A DNA stretch of 64,000 bases, from assembly GCA_016840035.1 (NCBI GenBank), contig JAEOTC010000121.1, forward strand, positions 33,962 through 97,961. The letters are read 5' to 3'. Positions 20,586-29,750 of the stretch are shown piece by piece. The translations under genes and the position numbers were made by a program. Position 1 is the stretch's first letter. Every line of letters begins with the position of its first letter. Source of the stretch: Candidatus Hodarchaeota archaeon. Its GTDB lineage: Archaea > Asgardarchaeota > Heimdallarchaeia > Hodarchaeales > Hodarchaeaceae. The notes beneath the pieces were generated by a model. The model was not told where the DNA came from. It searched no databases and saw only the letters and a program-made list of their open reading frames with translations.

Positions 20586-20905
20586 AATTTTTCACTGTTT
20601 GATTGACATTAATCGTCAATTACTAATTTTTGGTAACATACTTAAATATTCTTCGAATGGGGAAAAATTCTAAAAAAAGAAGTAAATAGTCTTTAATGAG
20701 AAAAAAATTGTGAAATTCCATCATAGAATTGCCAAAGATGTGTGAAATTAACCAAGAAATATCATTGGATAATACTCAAATCGGTATTCTTATATTTTGA
20801 ACTGAAGGAGGTGTGAATGTCTGTTTAGGACAACCAGAAGGTTTAAAAGGAAAATGGTAATTAACTTAAATTGGTAATATCAACTTTCGAAAGTGTGGAC
20901 TTCTA

Positions 20906-21442
20906 ATGAAAAAGCTTTCTGACTCCGAGTTCATTGTTATTTCAGAGATATTTAGAAAGCCATCTATTACATTAAACGAATTAGCAGAAGTTTTAGAGAA
21001 CGCAAAAAATAGGAAAGTTAGAGAACCGGATAAAGCAGTTGATTTAAGATCTGTCTCTAAATTTAAATCTGTTGGATATAAAAAAATCAGAGAAGGATTA
21101 GAGAAATTAGCAACCGATTTTCGTCTTGATTTATCATTGCAAGCTGATAATCCTGAAGAGAAAAAAGAGGAAGAAAGCATTAATCACATTCTACTCAGAA
21201 ATGGAATTTTACGCGGTTTTGACTTTCGAGCAAATGCCATGGTATATTTATTTTATATTCTTGAGGAGCAGTCAATCCTTCCTTGGCAGGCTCATCATTG
21301 CAGACCAGAGTGTGAAACCGATTGTAATCACATTCTTGATAGTCTCCGCTCTGAACATGGATTACCCTCGACAAACATACAGTTGGAAGTACTCGAATTA
21401 ATTGAAATTACTATTAAAGAAATAATAGCTCGTGAAACGTGA
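20906..21442 (+). CDS. hypothetical protein, possible HTH
   Basis: Soluble 178-aa protein. Its stop lies 5 nt before the next gene's ATG. Contains a His/Cys cluster HHCRPECETDCNH. Confidence 0.5.
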   Translation: MKKLSDSEFIVISEIFRKPSITLNELAEVLENAKNRKVREPDKAVDLRSVSKFKSVGYKKIREGLEKLATDFRLDLSLQADNPEEKKEEESINHILLRNGILRGFDFRANAMVYLFYILEEQSILPWQAHHCRPECETDCNHILDSLRSEHGLPSTNIQLEVLELIEITIKEIIARET

Positions 21443-21447
21443 TTAAA

Positions 21448-22200
21448 ATGTCTGATCTCCCACATATAATTGGTTCTGATGTTCCTTCTTCACCACCAGA
21501 AAAACCACGAATCATTCGTCCTAGTCGGAATTTTTTGTATAAAAACTATTTTCTTTTCTTATTAACGGCCATTCTTTTTATTGCGTCAATGGTAATTTTC
21601 TTCTTTATTATTAATACCTTTATTGGCAGTTCTCAAGGCCCAGGAACCCAAAAACAATTAACAGATATGTCAGTCCTCATGACAGTGGGATTTTCATTAC
21701 TCTGGGTGATTCTTTTTGTAATTTATGGAGTGGGGATGTTTATTTATGTAAAACAAATGGTATTCATCGTACATGGAAGTGAAATTGTGGTTAAGAAGGG
21801 ACTCATTAATAAGACGGAAAAACATGTTCCATACAGAACTGTTACTCACATCAGTATGCGATCAGGACCATTTGACAGATTATTTAACATTGGAACTGTA
21901 GAAATCCAAACAGCTGGTGGACCAAGTTCTTCTCTAGAATCAATGGCGGAAGAAAAACTCGAAGGAATAATCATTTATCGAGAAGTCCGTGATTATATCC
22001 TGACCCAGCTTCGTCTTTTCCAACAACAACAAAAAGGAGAGATATCTTCTGATGAGTCTGCCATAATTCCCTCAAACGAAACTGATCTTTTAAACGCTCT
22101 CTTGGATATAAAAGTAATCCTAAAAAACAAGTTCGAGAGTTTAGAGGAGAAATTCAGTCAATTGTCTGACCAATTAAAAAATCAGAGGAAATCCTATTAG
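21448..22200 (+). CDS. membrane protein with bacterial-type PH (bPH_2/YdbT-like) domain and C-terminal coiled coil
   Basis: Two TM helices, then ...VVKKGLINKTEKHVPYRTVTHISMRSGPFDRLFNIGTVEIQTAGG, the bPH_2 pattern. ORF opens with GTG at 21439; ATG at 21448. Confidence 0.6.
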   Translation: MSDLPHIIGSDVPSSPPEKPRIIRPSRNFLYKNYFLFLLTAILFIASMVIFFFIINTFIGSSQGPGTQKQLTDMSVLMTVGFSLLWVILFVIYGVGMFIYVKQMVFIVHGSEIVVKKGLINKTEKHVPYRTVTHISMRSGPFDRLFNIGTVEIQTAGGPSSSLESMAEEKLEGIIIYREVRDYILTQLRLFQQQQKGEISSDESAIIPSNETDLLNALLDIKVILKNKFESLEEKFSQLSDQLKNQRKSY

Positions 22201-22247
22201 AAATTAACGTATGAGAAATAAATGTACCGTCTGATGTGTTCCTAAAA

Positions 22248-22706
22248 ATGTCAGCTAATAAAGATTCGGTAGAAGAACGAATTCTGATCGATTTAAATCC
22301 TGAGATTACTGCAAAGATAGATGTTTTAGTGGAAAAAGGATTATATCCTGATAAAAAGGAGTTTCTTGAACAAGCAATAAGAGCTCAATTAAATATCCAT
22401 CAGGAAACCTTTCAAGAGTTAGAAAGAGTACAAAATTTTGTAATGGGCATCGTGAATTTTTCTGCGGAGGATCTGGAAAAAACAGTAGCAAAAGGAAAGA
22501 AACGAGTTATTAAGGTTGTAGGACGGTTATCTTTCTCATCTAATGTTACTCCTGAGCTGATAGACCGTTCAATTGACAAAATTATCATTGCAGGAATTTT
22601 AAAAGCTCCTTCAAATGTTATGGAAACACTGAATTCTAAACGTTATAGTATTTTGGGATCAAAATATACAGAAAGTCATAGGTTAACTTCTAGAACGGAG
22701 GAATAG
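22248..22706 (+). CDS. putative ribbon-helix-helix (CopG/Arc-like) protein
   Basis: EERILIDLNPEITAKIDVLVEKGLYPDKKEFLEQAIRAQL reads as β-strand, helix, helix. ORF opens with GTG at 22236. Confidence 0.45.
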   Translation: MSANKDSVEERILIDLNPEITAKIDVLVEKGLYPDKKEFLEQAIRAQLNIHQETFQELERVQNFVMGIVNFSAEDLEKTVAKGKKRVIKVVGRLSFSSNVTPELIDRSIDKIIIAGILKAPSNVMETLNSKRYSILGSKYTESHRLTSRTEE

Positions 22707-22866
22707 TCTAAAGATTATTTGGAAGTAATTTCCTGTTAAAGAAATTCATGATTTTTTACATATTTTTTTAGATAGTATGAAAAATCCAAATTATTCGAAG
22801 TTCAGAGACGATTGATATTAATTGTTGACCCTTTTTTTGTCCTCTACATCATAAATTTCACCCCCG

Positions 22867-23652
22867 ATGGAGAATTCAAAGATGAACCACCACAAAATAT
22901 CTAAAACGCGGATATTCCCTGTAAATACACAGATTCTCACCTTATTTCTAGTAACTTTAGTGATAATTTCTACTATCAGGATAATTGAAGCAAAACCACA
23001 AAAAACTTCGGAAAATATATTGGACGGTGTAATCAGTCAAGATGAATATTCATATTCACAGAGTACGGAAGATGGTAAATTTATTCTTTATTGGGAACCC
23101 ACAGATGAGAATACAATATTCTTCGCAATGCAAGCATTGACAACTGGTTATATGTCAATAGGAATTAACCCTTCTCAGCGAATGAAGGATGCAGATATGT
23201 ATTTCGGGTGGGTAGACTCAAATGGTTCAGTATTCATGATAGATGCCTTTGCAGTTGATGACATGGGTACTCATCCCCCAGATACTGAATTGGGTGGTAC
23301 AAATGATATTCTGGACTATAATGGGAGTGAAAATGCACAGACTACAATTATTGAATTTAAGAGACTAATAGTATCACCTGATTCAGAATATGATAATGCT
23401 ATTCCGATGGTAGGTGAAATCCCCATTATTTGGGCGTATGGAACTTCGGATAATTTTGAAGTTCACCATGGAGTTGTTAGCCGCGGTACAATGTTCTGGA
23501 GTCTAGAAGGGGCAAGTGTATTAAGGTTTGATTTCAGTCAACCCTTTATCTTGGGGCTAGCTTTTCTGATTACTTTAACAGGATTAGTAATCTATGTGGA
23601 TAGCAAAGGTCGTCCTACCAGTAACAACGAGAAGACAAACAGTGGTGAATAG
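22867..23652 (+). CDS. signal-peptide protein with C-terminal TM anchor, first gene of oxidase operon
   Basis: N-terminal hydrophobic signal/anchor and a C-terminal helix LGLAFLITLTGLVIYV. Stop is 2 nt before the subunit III-like gene. Function unknown; possibly an electron donor or DOMON-like. Confidence 0.5.
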   Translation: MENSKMNHHKISKTRIFPVNTQILTLFLVTLVIISTIRIIEAKPQKTSENILDGVISQDEYSYSQSTEDGKFILYWEPTDENTIFFAMQALTTGYMSIGINPSQRMKDADMYFGWVDSNGSVFMIDAFAVDDMGTHPPDTELGGTNDILDYNGSENAQTTIIEFKRLIVSPDSEYDNAIPMVGEIPIIWAYGTSDNFEVHHGVVSRGTMFWSLEGASVLRFDFSQPFILGLAFLITLTGLVIYVDSKGRPTSNNEKTNSGE

Positions 23653-23654
23653 CT

Positions 23655-25100
23655 ATGGCTGAATTACATCCTATCGTTTTACATTTTCATATTGCCAATC
23701 TGGCATTGAGTATCTTTACCTTACTACTTGCAATCACTGTGTCTGCATTTGAGCGAACAGATTTTTTTAATCGAAAGCTCGTAAAAAGAACATTTCGTGG
23801 TAGGGAGCTTTTGAGTCAGCAAACTTGCAGAACGTATGCTGATAAATTTGAATTTGTAGCATTCATGTTTCTTCTTTATGGAATTGTAACTTTTTTTGTA
23901 GCAGGAGTTGCAGGTTTTCTAGATGCCTCAGGAAATATTGGGATTGGGGAAATTAATCTAGATAATCTTCTCTTAGGGATATCAGAAGCAAGTCTCAGCT
24001 CAATACTTGGTTATAAAGTTATATATTCCATTATTGGAGTCTCCTACTTCCTCTTCGCAGCGCTTATCCGCATATATTTTGCCAGTTACCGCAAAGAAAG
24101 AATTTTTTCACAACATCCATTATATTGGATAGTCCTTCTCTTAAGTCAAATTCTTGGTTACATTCTTTTAACGCTCGTTTCTGGAGCTGGAGCAATTAGA
24201 GTTTATGGTGGAACCTTAATTTCTGATATTCCAATCTTTGGGGAGTTCTTACCTAATGGATCACTGGATCCTACCCCCATCGTCCTTTTGGGTACTGTAT
24301 TAATCGTCTTCCTCATTATCATTGCTGGTTTTTCAAAGAAACCTCCAGAAATCGAACCTCCTCACGAAGGAGAGCATGAAGAACATGAAATAACTCTTTG
24401 GCCTGCAGCACTAGCATTCGGCACAGTCTTTGTTGCAGCTGCTATCATTAACTTTACTGATGGCAACGAATTAGCAGCTTTCGGTTTCTTCTGGACATTT
24501 TTTATTGTACTGATTGGTTTCATCTTTAATGAAGCATTTAAACAAGATTTGTTTAGAAGACCACGTGAAGGATGGATTTGGTTATTCCTTGGGAGTGAAG
24601 TGATTCTATTCTCTATGATAATTGGGACAAGTTTCGGTCTAAGAGTTGCGTCTGGGAGTAATTGGCCTGATCAGAGTCAGATTCTAGATATCCCTCTAAC
24701 AGCAATTAATACATTTATCTTAATAATTAGTAGTTTTACTATGGTGAAATCGGTAGATGCAATACAGCAAGGTAAACAAAAGTTATCGCGAGATTATCTT
24801 CTCGCAACTGCGGGATTGGGAACACTATTCCTTGGTATTCAACTAACAGAATATCTAGAGTTGTTTGCACATCATTTTACACCAACTACGAACCTATTTG
24901 GATCCACATTTTATGTCCAAACAGGCCTTCATGGAGCTCACGTATTCTTCGGTGTCCTTCTAGTTATCTTTACAACACTGAGAGCTCATCAAGGTGGATT
25001 TACCAAAGAAAATCACGGCAGTTTAGAGTTAGTTGGGCTCTATTGGCATTTCGTTGATCTTGTATGGATTGTATTATTTACATTAGTATATCTAATATAG
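23655..25100 (+). CDS. heme-copper oxidase subunit III-like protein, extended (481 aa)
   Basis: C-terminus LHGAHVFFGVLLVIFTTLRAH...GLYWHFVDLVWIVLF matches the conserved end of COX III/CyoC. N-terminal half carries extra helices. Confidence 0.75.
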   Translation: MAELHPIVLHFHIANLALSIFTLLLAITVSAFERTDFFNRKLVKRTFRGRELLSQQTCRTYADKFEFVAFMFLLYGIVTFFVAGVAGFLDASGNIGIGEINLDNLLLGISEASLSSILGYKVIYSIIGVSYFLFAALIRIYFASYRKERIFSQHPLYWIVLLLSQILGYILLTLVSGAGAIRVYGGTLISDIPIFGEFLPNGSLDPTPIVLLGTVLIVFLIIIAGFSKKPPEIEPPHEGEHEEHEITLWPAALAFGTVFVAAAIINFTDGNELAAFGFFWTFFIVLIGFIFNEAFKQDLFRRPREGWIWLFLGSEVILFSMIIGTSFGLRVASGSNWPDQSQILDIPLTAINTFILIISSFTMVKSVDAIQQGKQKLSRDYLLATAGLGTLFLGIQLTEYLELFAHHFTPTTNLFGSTFYVQTGLHGAHVFFGVLLVIFTTLRAHQGGFTKENHGSLELVGLYWHFVDLVWIVLFTLVYLI

Positions 25101-25132
25101 AAGAGAAATTGATTGAATGGGTGAAATAAAAA

Positions 25133-25786
25133 TTGAAAATAAAAACCAAAGTCTCGCTAGCTAGTGTACTATTTGGATTATTCTTTGCAGGACCAGTTAT
25201 TTCAGGGAGAGCTTCCACGGCTCAATCTACATATACCTCTCAGATTGAGTTTTTATTCCTCCTTGTTGTGCTGGTATCAATTTTAATTGCTTCTATAGTT
25301 TTTGGATTATTGATATACATAATAATCCGCTTTAGAGAAGGAAACACAAATACTGTAAGAAAACCGATCCAAAACGGAATGCGCTTGGAAATCGGTTGGA
25401 TAATATTCGCCACGATAATTGTAGTTTCCCTCTTTGCTGCAAGCTTACCCGCAACTAGTTCGTATTTTACAGAGCGAGATGATTATGACGAAGAAATCCG
25501 TGTTGTTGCATATCAGTATAACTTCACATTTACCAAAGAAAATGGGAATACAACAACAGGATTTGTCGAAATTGAAGTAAATAGAGTATATATGCTTAAT
25601 ATTACTTCTATCGATGTAATACATTCATTTTATGTCCATGAACTGAGTATAAAGCTTGATATGGTTCCAGGGCGTTACAATATTGTATATTTGCAAGTTC
25701 TGGTGCCGGGAACTTATGAAGTTCATTGTGCGGAATATTGTGGATTTGGACACTATATCATGGAAGCGAGGATAATCGTAAAGTAA
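25133..25786 (+). CDS. heme-copper oxidase subunit II (CuA)
   Basis: Two N-terminal helices plus a cupredoxin domain with CuA ligands H...CAEYCGFGHYIM. Apparent TTG start. Confidence 0.85.
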   Translation: MKIKTKVSLASVLFGLFFAGPVISGRASTAQSTYTSQIEFLFLLVVLVSILIASIVFGLLIYIIIRFREGNTNTVRKPIQNGMRLEIGWIIFATIIVVSLFAASLPATSSYFTERDDYDEEIRVVAYQYNFTFTKENGNTTTGFVEIEVNRVYMLNITSIDVIHSFYVHELSIKLDMVPGRYNIVYLQVLVPGTYEVHCAEYCGFGHYIMEARIIVK

Positions 25787-25802
25787 ATAAGAGGAAATTA
25801 AT

Positions 25803-27482
25803 ATGAGCTCTCACAGTAGTATAATTAAAGACGGTCAATTCAAACTTTTTCCGCTCTTTGTAGGCATTCCGTTTGCAATAATTGTATTCATAGTTTTGAA
25901 GATTTTACTTGGTTCTTTTGGTTTCATACCAGAATTAGTTTTCTTATCTATTCTTAGTTTCACAATTTATTTGTCCACTTATGATAAAATTGATTATATT
26001 AGATTAATTGGAACCACAAATCATGCTGAAATTGGTATTCTGTATATTCTTTTAGCTATCGTAAGTGTATTTATTGGAGGGACGCTAGCTATAATCATGA
26101 GAACTGAACTGGCTTTTCCGGGTGCTACACTTGTAGATTCGGAACTGTATTCAGTTATTTTTACCGCTCACGGTACAATTATGATATTTATGGTTATTTT
26201 CCCATTAGGTGCAGGTTTTGGTAATTATCTTGTTCCTAGATTAATAGGAGCACCTGATATGTATTGGCCTAGGTGGAACAACGCAGCTTTATGGCTGCTA
26301 ATCCCTTCAGGGGTTTTAATCTTTACTGCACAATCGTCTGTGGGTTGGACATTGTACACTCCTTTAAGTGCTGAACTCTGGGGTGTGGGTGTAGATATGT
26401 GGATTATAGGAGTATTACTTGCGGGTGTTTCCTCTTTAGTGTCTGCGATTAATTTCATTATGACTGTTGCTACCATGCGTAAACCTGGATTGACATGGGG
26501 GAAGCTAGATCTTTTTAGTTGGTCCATTGTAGCCACATCAATTATCCAATTATGTGCCACTCCCTTAATAACAACTGGACTCGCTCTCTTACTCTCAGAT
26601 CGTATATTGGATACAGCATTCTTCTCAGCAGTAGGATTTGGAGTAGGTTCGTTTTTATGGCAACATGTGTTCTGGAGTTATTCTCATCCTGCGGTTTATA
26701 TTATGATTCTTCCTGCGATGGGATTAACTTCCCTTATGGTTTCAAAGTTTTCTAGAAATGAAATCTTTGGATACGAGCTAATGGTAATATCTATGATGGC
26801 TATTGTCTTTCTTGGTTTCCTAGTGTGGGGTCACCATCAGTATACTCTTTATGGTGCAGCCACAGATGCGTTTACAACCACCTTGTTCTCCTTATTAACC
26901 TCATTAATAGCTGTACCTTCGGGAGTCAAAACTTTTAATTGGCTATTTACAATGTGGGGAGGTAATGTCAAGTTAGAGATCCCGATCGTGTTTCCGTTTG
27001 GTTTCATTATCGGGTTCGTCATTGGAGGAATAACTGGGGTTTGGTTGAACATTGTTCCAGTGGATATAATTGTTCATGATACAGCATTTGTGGTGGGTCA
27101 TTTTCATATGATCATTTTAGGAGGAGCACTTACTGCGCTTATTGGTGCCTTCTATAATTATTTCCCCGAAATAACTGGGAAAATGTATAATCGACCCCTT
27201 GCTTGGGTTCATTGTATCATGTGGATCATTGGTTTTTTGATAACATTTAATTCTATGATGATAGCAGGATTACATGGAATGCCTCGTAGATATTTCGATT
27301 ATTCAACATTTGGTAATGTTGATGTTCTCGCGTTTTGGAACTTTTTAGCGACCGTAGGTGCATATTTGATGTTCCTCTCTGGTGTAATCTTTGTAATCAA
27401 CATGATTTACAGCTTAAGTAAAGGTCCAGAAGCAGGCGATGATCCATTTAACCTATCACTTGATGAGGTCCCCACAGTTTAA
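25803..27482 (+). CDS. heme-copper oxidase subunit I
   Basis: WSYSHPAVYI, W..HHQYT (CuB His pair), HDTAFVVGHFHMII (heme a3/heme a His), and about 12 TM helices. Confidence 0.9.
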   Translation: MSSHSSIIKDGQFKLFPLFVGIPFAIIVFIVLKILLGSFGFIPELVFLSILSFTIYLSTYDKIDYIRLIGTTNHAEIGILYILLAIVSVFIGGTLAIIMRTELAFPGATLVDSELYSVIFTAHGTIMIFMVIFPLGAGFGNYLVPRLIGAPDMYWPRWNNAALWLLIPSGVLIFTAQSSVGWTLYTPLSAELWGVGVDMWIIGVLLAGVSSLVSAINFIMTVATMRKPGLTWGKLDLFSWSIVATSIIQLCATPLITTGLALLLSDRILDTAFFSAVGFGVGSFLWQHVFWSYSHPAVYIMILPAMGLTSLMVSKFSRNEIFGYELMVISMMAIVFLGFLVWGHHQYTLYGAATDAFTTTLFSLLTSLIAVPSGVKTFNWLFTMWGGNVKLEIPIVFPFGFIIGFVIGGITGVWLNIVPVDIIVHDTAFVVGHFHMIILGGALTALIGAFYNYFPEITGKMYNRPLAWVHCIMWIIGFLITFNSMMIAGLHGMPRRYFDYSTFGNVDVLAFWNFLATVGAYLMFLSGVIFVINMIYSLSKGPEAGDDPFNLSLDEVPTV

Positions 27483-27508
27483 TAAAGTAACCCTAGGAGA
27501 TAAAAAAG

Positions 27509-27850
27509 ATGGTAACACAAGTTGAAACACAAGATACTCATGAGTATATTAAACGGCCGTATTTCTTAGTTTTTCTAATGCTGGGGTTTTTGACGGTTCT
27601 TGAACTGAATGTTGGATTTATTTCTGATATAGCAGGAGAAGGATCAAATGTTGAGGGATTTATTAATTTAGCGCTAATTACATTAGCAATTCTCAAAGCT
27701 TATCTTGTTGCTGCATTTTTTATGGGAATTAAATATCAAGATAATCCCAAGGTGGTTTGGGGGGTAATGTTTGGGATTCCTATGTTCATAGCATTACCAG
27801 TAGTTGTAATCCCTGCCTTAGGGACAATTGTCTATCTTTGTGGAATATAA
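27509..27850 (+). CDS. small 3-TM membrane protein, possible oxidase subunit IV-like
   Basis: 113 aa, three helices, placed between subunit I and SCO1 as prokaryotic subunit IV genes are. Confidence 0.45.
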   Translation: MVTQVETQDTHEYIKRPYFLVFLMLGFLTVLELNVGFISDIAGEGSNVEGFINLALITLAILKAYLVAAFFMGIKYQDNPKVVWGVMFGIPMFIALPVVVIPALGTIVYLCGI

Positions 27851-27877
27851 TATAAAGTGTATAATCGATGTGTAGGT

Positions 27878-28546
27878 ATGGAACAAAGCACTGTAGTCGG
27901 AACAATTATAGGATTTATGATTCTAGCTGGAATTGGGTCTGCTTTCATCCTCTATCCCTTAAGTCAAAATCAAGTATTACCCGTTATTAAACCCGCACCA
28001 GAATTTAGCTTAGTAAACCAGGATAATGAAACTGTGGACTTACAGTCATTTTCAGGAAAGGTTATAATGCTGGGTTTCCTTTATACTCAATGTACTGATG
28101 ATTTATGCTCACTGATGACTCAAGATTTCAAAACACTCCAAACCTTACTTGGATCCTCATTTGGTATGGATACTATGCTTATTTGTATTTCATTAGATCC
28201 ATTATTTGATACTCCTACGGTATTAAGAAACTACGCTCTATCCAATGGGGTTAATCTAAGTGGGTGGCAATTTCTGACGGCCTATGAATTAGATACAATC
28301 CAAAAGGTTGTTGATGATTACGGAGTGTTGTCTTATGTCAATGAATTTGAGGGATTGGTAAATACAACTGAAAATAACACCACCTTCAATCTAAAGATCA
28401 GTCATGGTAATGATACTCAACCGAGTATCCTAATCCATTCTTGGGTGAGTATGCTAATAGATCAAGATCTTTTGATACGAAAGGTATATACTCGTGTAAG
28501 CTGGGTTGTGAGCGCTGCACTTGAGGATATGAGGAGTTTATTGTAA
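27878..28546 (+). CDS. SCO1/SenC-family copper chaperone (thioredoxin fold)
   Basis: N-terminal anchor, CxxxC motif YTQCTDDLC, and ISLDPLFDTPTVLRNYA as in SCO1/SenC. ORF opens with GTG at 27857. Confidence 0.7.
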   Translation: MEQSTVVGTIIGFMILAGIGSAFILYPLSQNQVLPVIKPAPEFSLVNQDNETVDLQSFSGKVIMLGFLYTQCTDDLCSLMTQDFKTLQTLLGSSFGMDTMLICISLDPLFDTPTVLRNYALSNGVNLSGWQFLTAYELDTIQKVVDDYGVLSYVNEFEGLVNTTENNTTFNLKISHGNDTQPSILIHSWVSMLIDQDLLIRKVYTRVSWVVSAALEDMRSLL

Positions 28547-28567
28547 GGAAAGAACGTGGTACTATCA

Positions 28568-29584
28568 CTATTTCTTTTTCTTTCTTGAAAGTACAGTAAC
28601 CATTGCTAGTAGTCCTAAACCAAGTGAGATAATGGGGAATTCATATCCAGAAATTTCTTTTTCATCCGTAAAGGTAATTACAAATGGTTTTGCTGATTCA
28701 TTTCCGATTATTGGATCATCAAAGGCGGGAGAGAATAGATGAGTATCTACTGTTTTATTAAATAATCCATAATCTCTATTATCCCAGTGAAGGTGTGCAA
28801 ATACAGCCAATTCTGAAGGAAGGGTTCCTGCTTCTTTATTTGACAAGACATACTCATTGATATCTACATATAGATCAGTATTGACTCCTTGTTTCAATGG
28901 AATATGTCGTCTTCCAACCATTGGGCCTAAACCACTGTCGTTGATATGAATTACAAGCCATGCAGGTCCAGGAACAATGACTTGATCAATGAAAACTTTA
29001 GCGTTTGTTGTGTTCACATCTTGATCACTTACGATTATTGTGGTAGAAAAGGTCTCTGTGCTCGAAAATTGTTCTACGGCCTCTACACTATTTTGATCCT
29101 CCAGAATGAGGTCCGCTCCGTCAGGCTCAAACATCATATTCATATTCGTATCATTATAAAGTTTGGCGACTAGCTGAGTAGTTCTCCCCATTAGGGGTAA
29201 AGTTATTCTGACATAAAGGGTGTGGTTAACTCCTGAATCGGAACTGGTGAGGATTTTTGGAGATATCTGGGTATGATTATGACTCATCCCCACATCCTCC
29301 ATCGTTGAACTATATCCAAGTAAATCGCTAGTTGAATTATAAATTGCTACAAAACCCATATGATGGACATTTACTCTTACTACTACCTGATCATCAACTA
29401 TAGGTTGATCTTTTACTATAAAATCAAACCCAACATACTCTGTTACAGTTTTTGAAATAGTTATCGTACTTGAATTTTGATTTATCGAAAATAAAATCAT
29501 TACAAATAGAATTAAAGATAAGTACTTACTGTGTCTCATAAATACCGCCAATTTACCTTTTATGTATCTAACTAATAAAATCAA
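28568..29584 (-). CDS. secreted surface protein with C-terminal TM anchor and KKKK tail
   Basis: Signal peptide, about 280-aa β-rich ectodomain with NxS/T sequons, then C-terminal ...EFPIISLGLGLLAMVTVLSRKKKK. Confidence 0.55.
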   Translation of the reverse strand: MILLVRYIKGKLAVFMRHSKYLSLILFVMILFSINQNSSTITISKTVTEYVGFDFIVKDQPIVDDQVVVRVNVHHMGFVAIYNSTSDLLGYSSTMEDVGMSHNHTQISPKILTSSDSGVNHTLYVRITLPLMGRTTQLVAKLYNDTNMNMMFEPDGADLILEDQNSVEAVEQFSSTETFSTTIIVSDQDVNTTNAKVFIDQVIVPGPAWLVIHINDSGLGPMVGRRHIPLKQGVNTDLYVDINEYVLSNKEAGTLPSELAVFAHLHWDNRDYGLFNKTVDTHLFSPAFDDPIIGNESAKPFVITFTDEKEISGYEFPIISLGLGLLAMVTVLSRKKKK

Positions 29585-29750
29585 GTCTGTGGAATTAGTA
29601 ATATTAATAGAGACATGAGAGGTGAGAAGAAATTATTTCTTTTGTAGATAAAAATTCCCGAGAAATTAAAAGTTTTTATTACAGAGTATCTTAAACAATT
29701 TTTCACTCAAGGAAAGATTTTATAATGAGTGATATTAGAGGATTAAAAAT

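Noticed and set aside
26225-26560. Antisense ORFs inside oxidase subunit I (also 26849–27052 and 26519–26755)
   Set aside because: Fully embedded in a CDS with all conserved heme-copper oxidase ligands. No independent signal.
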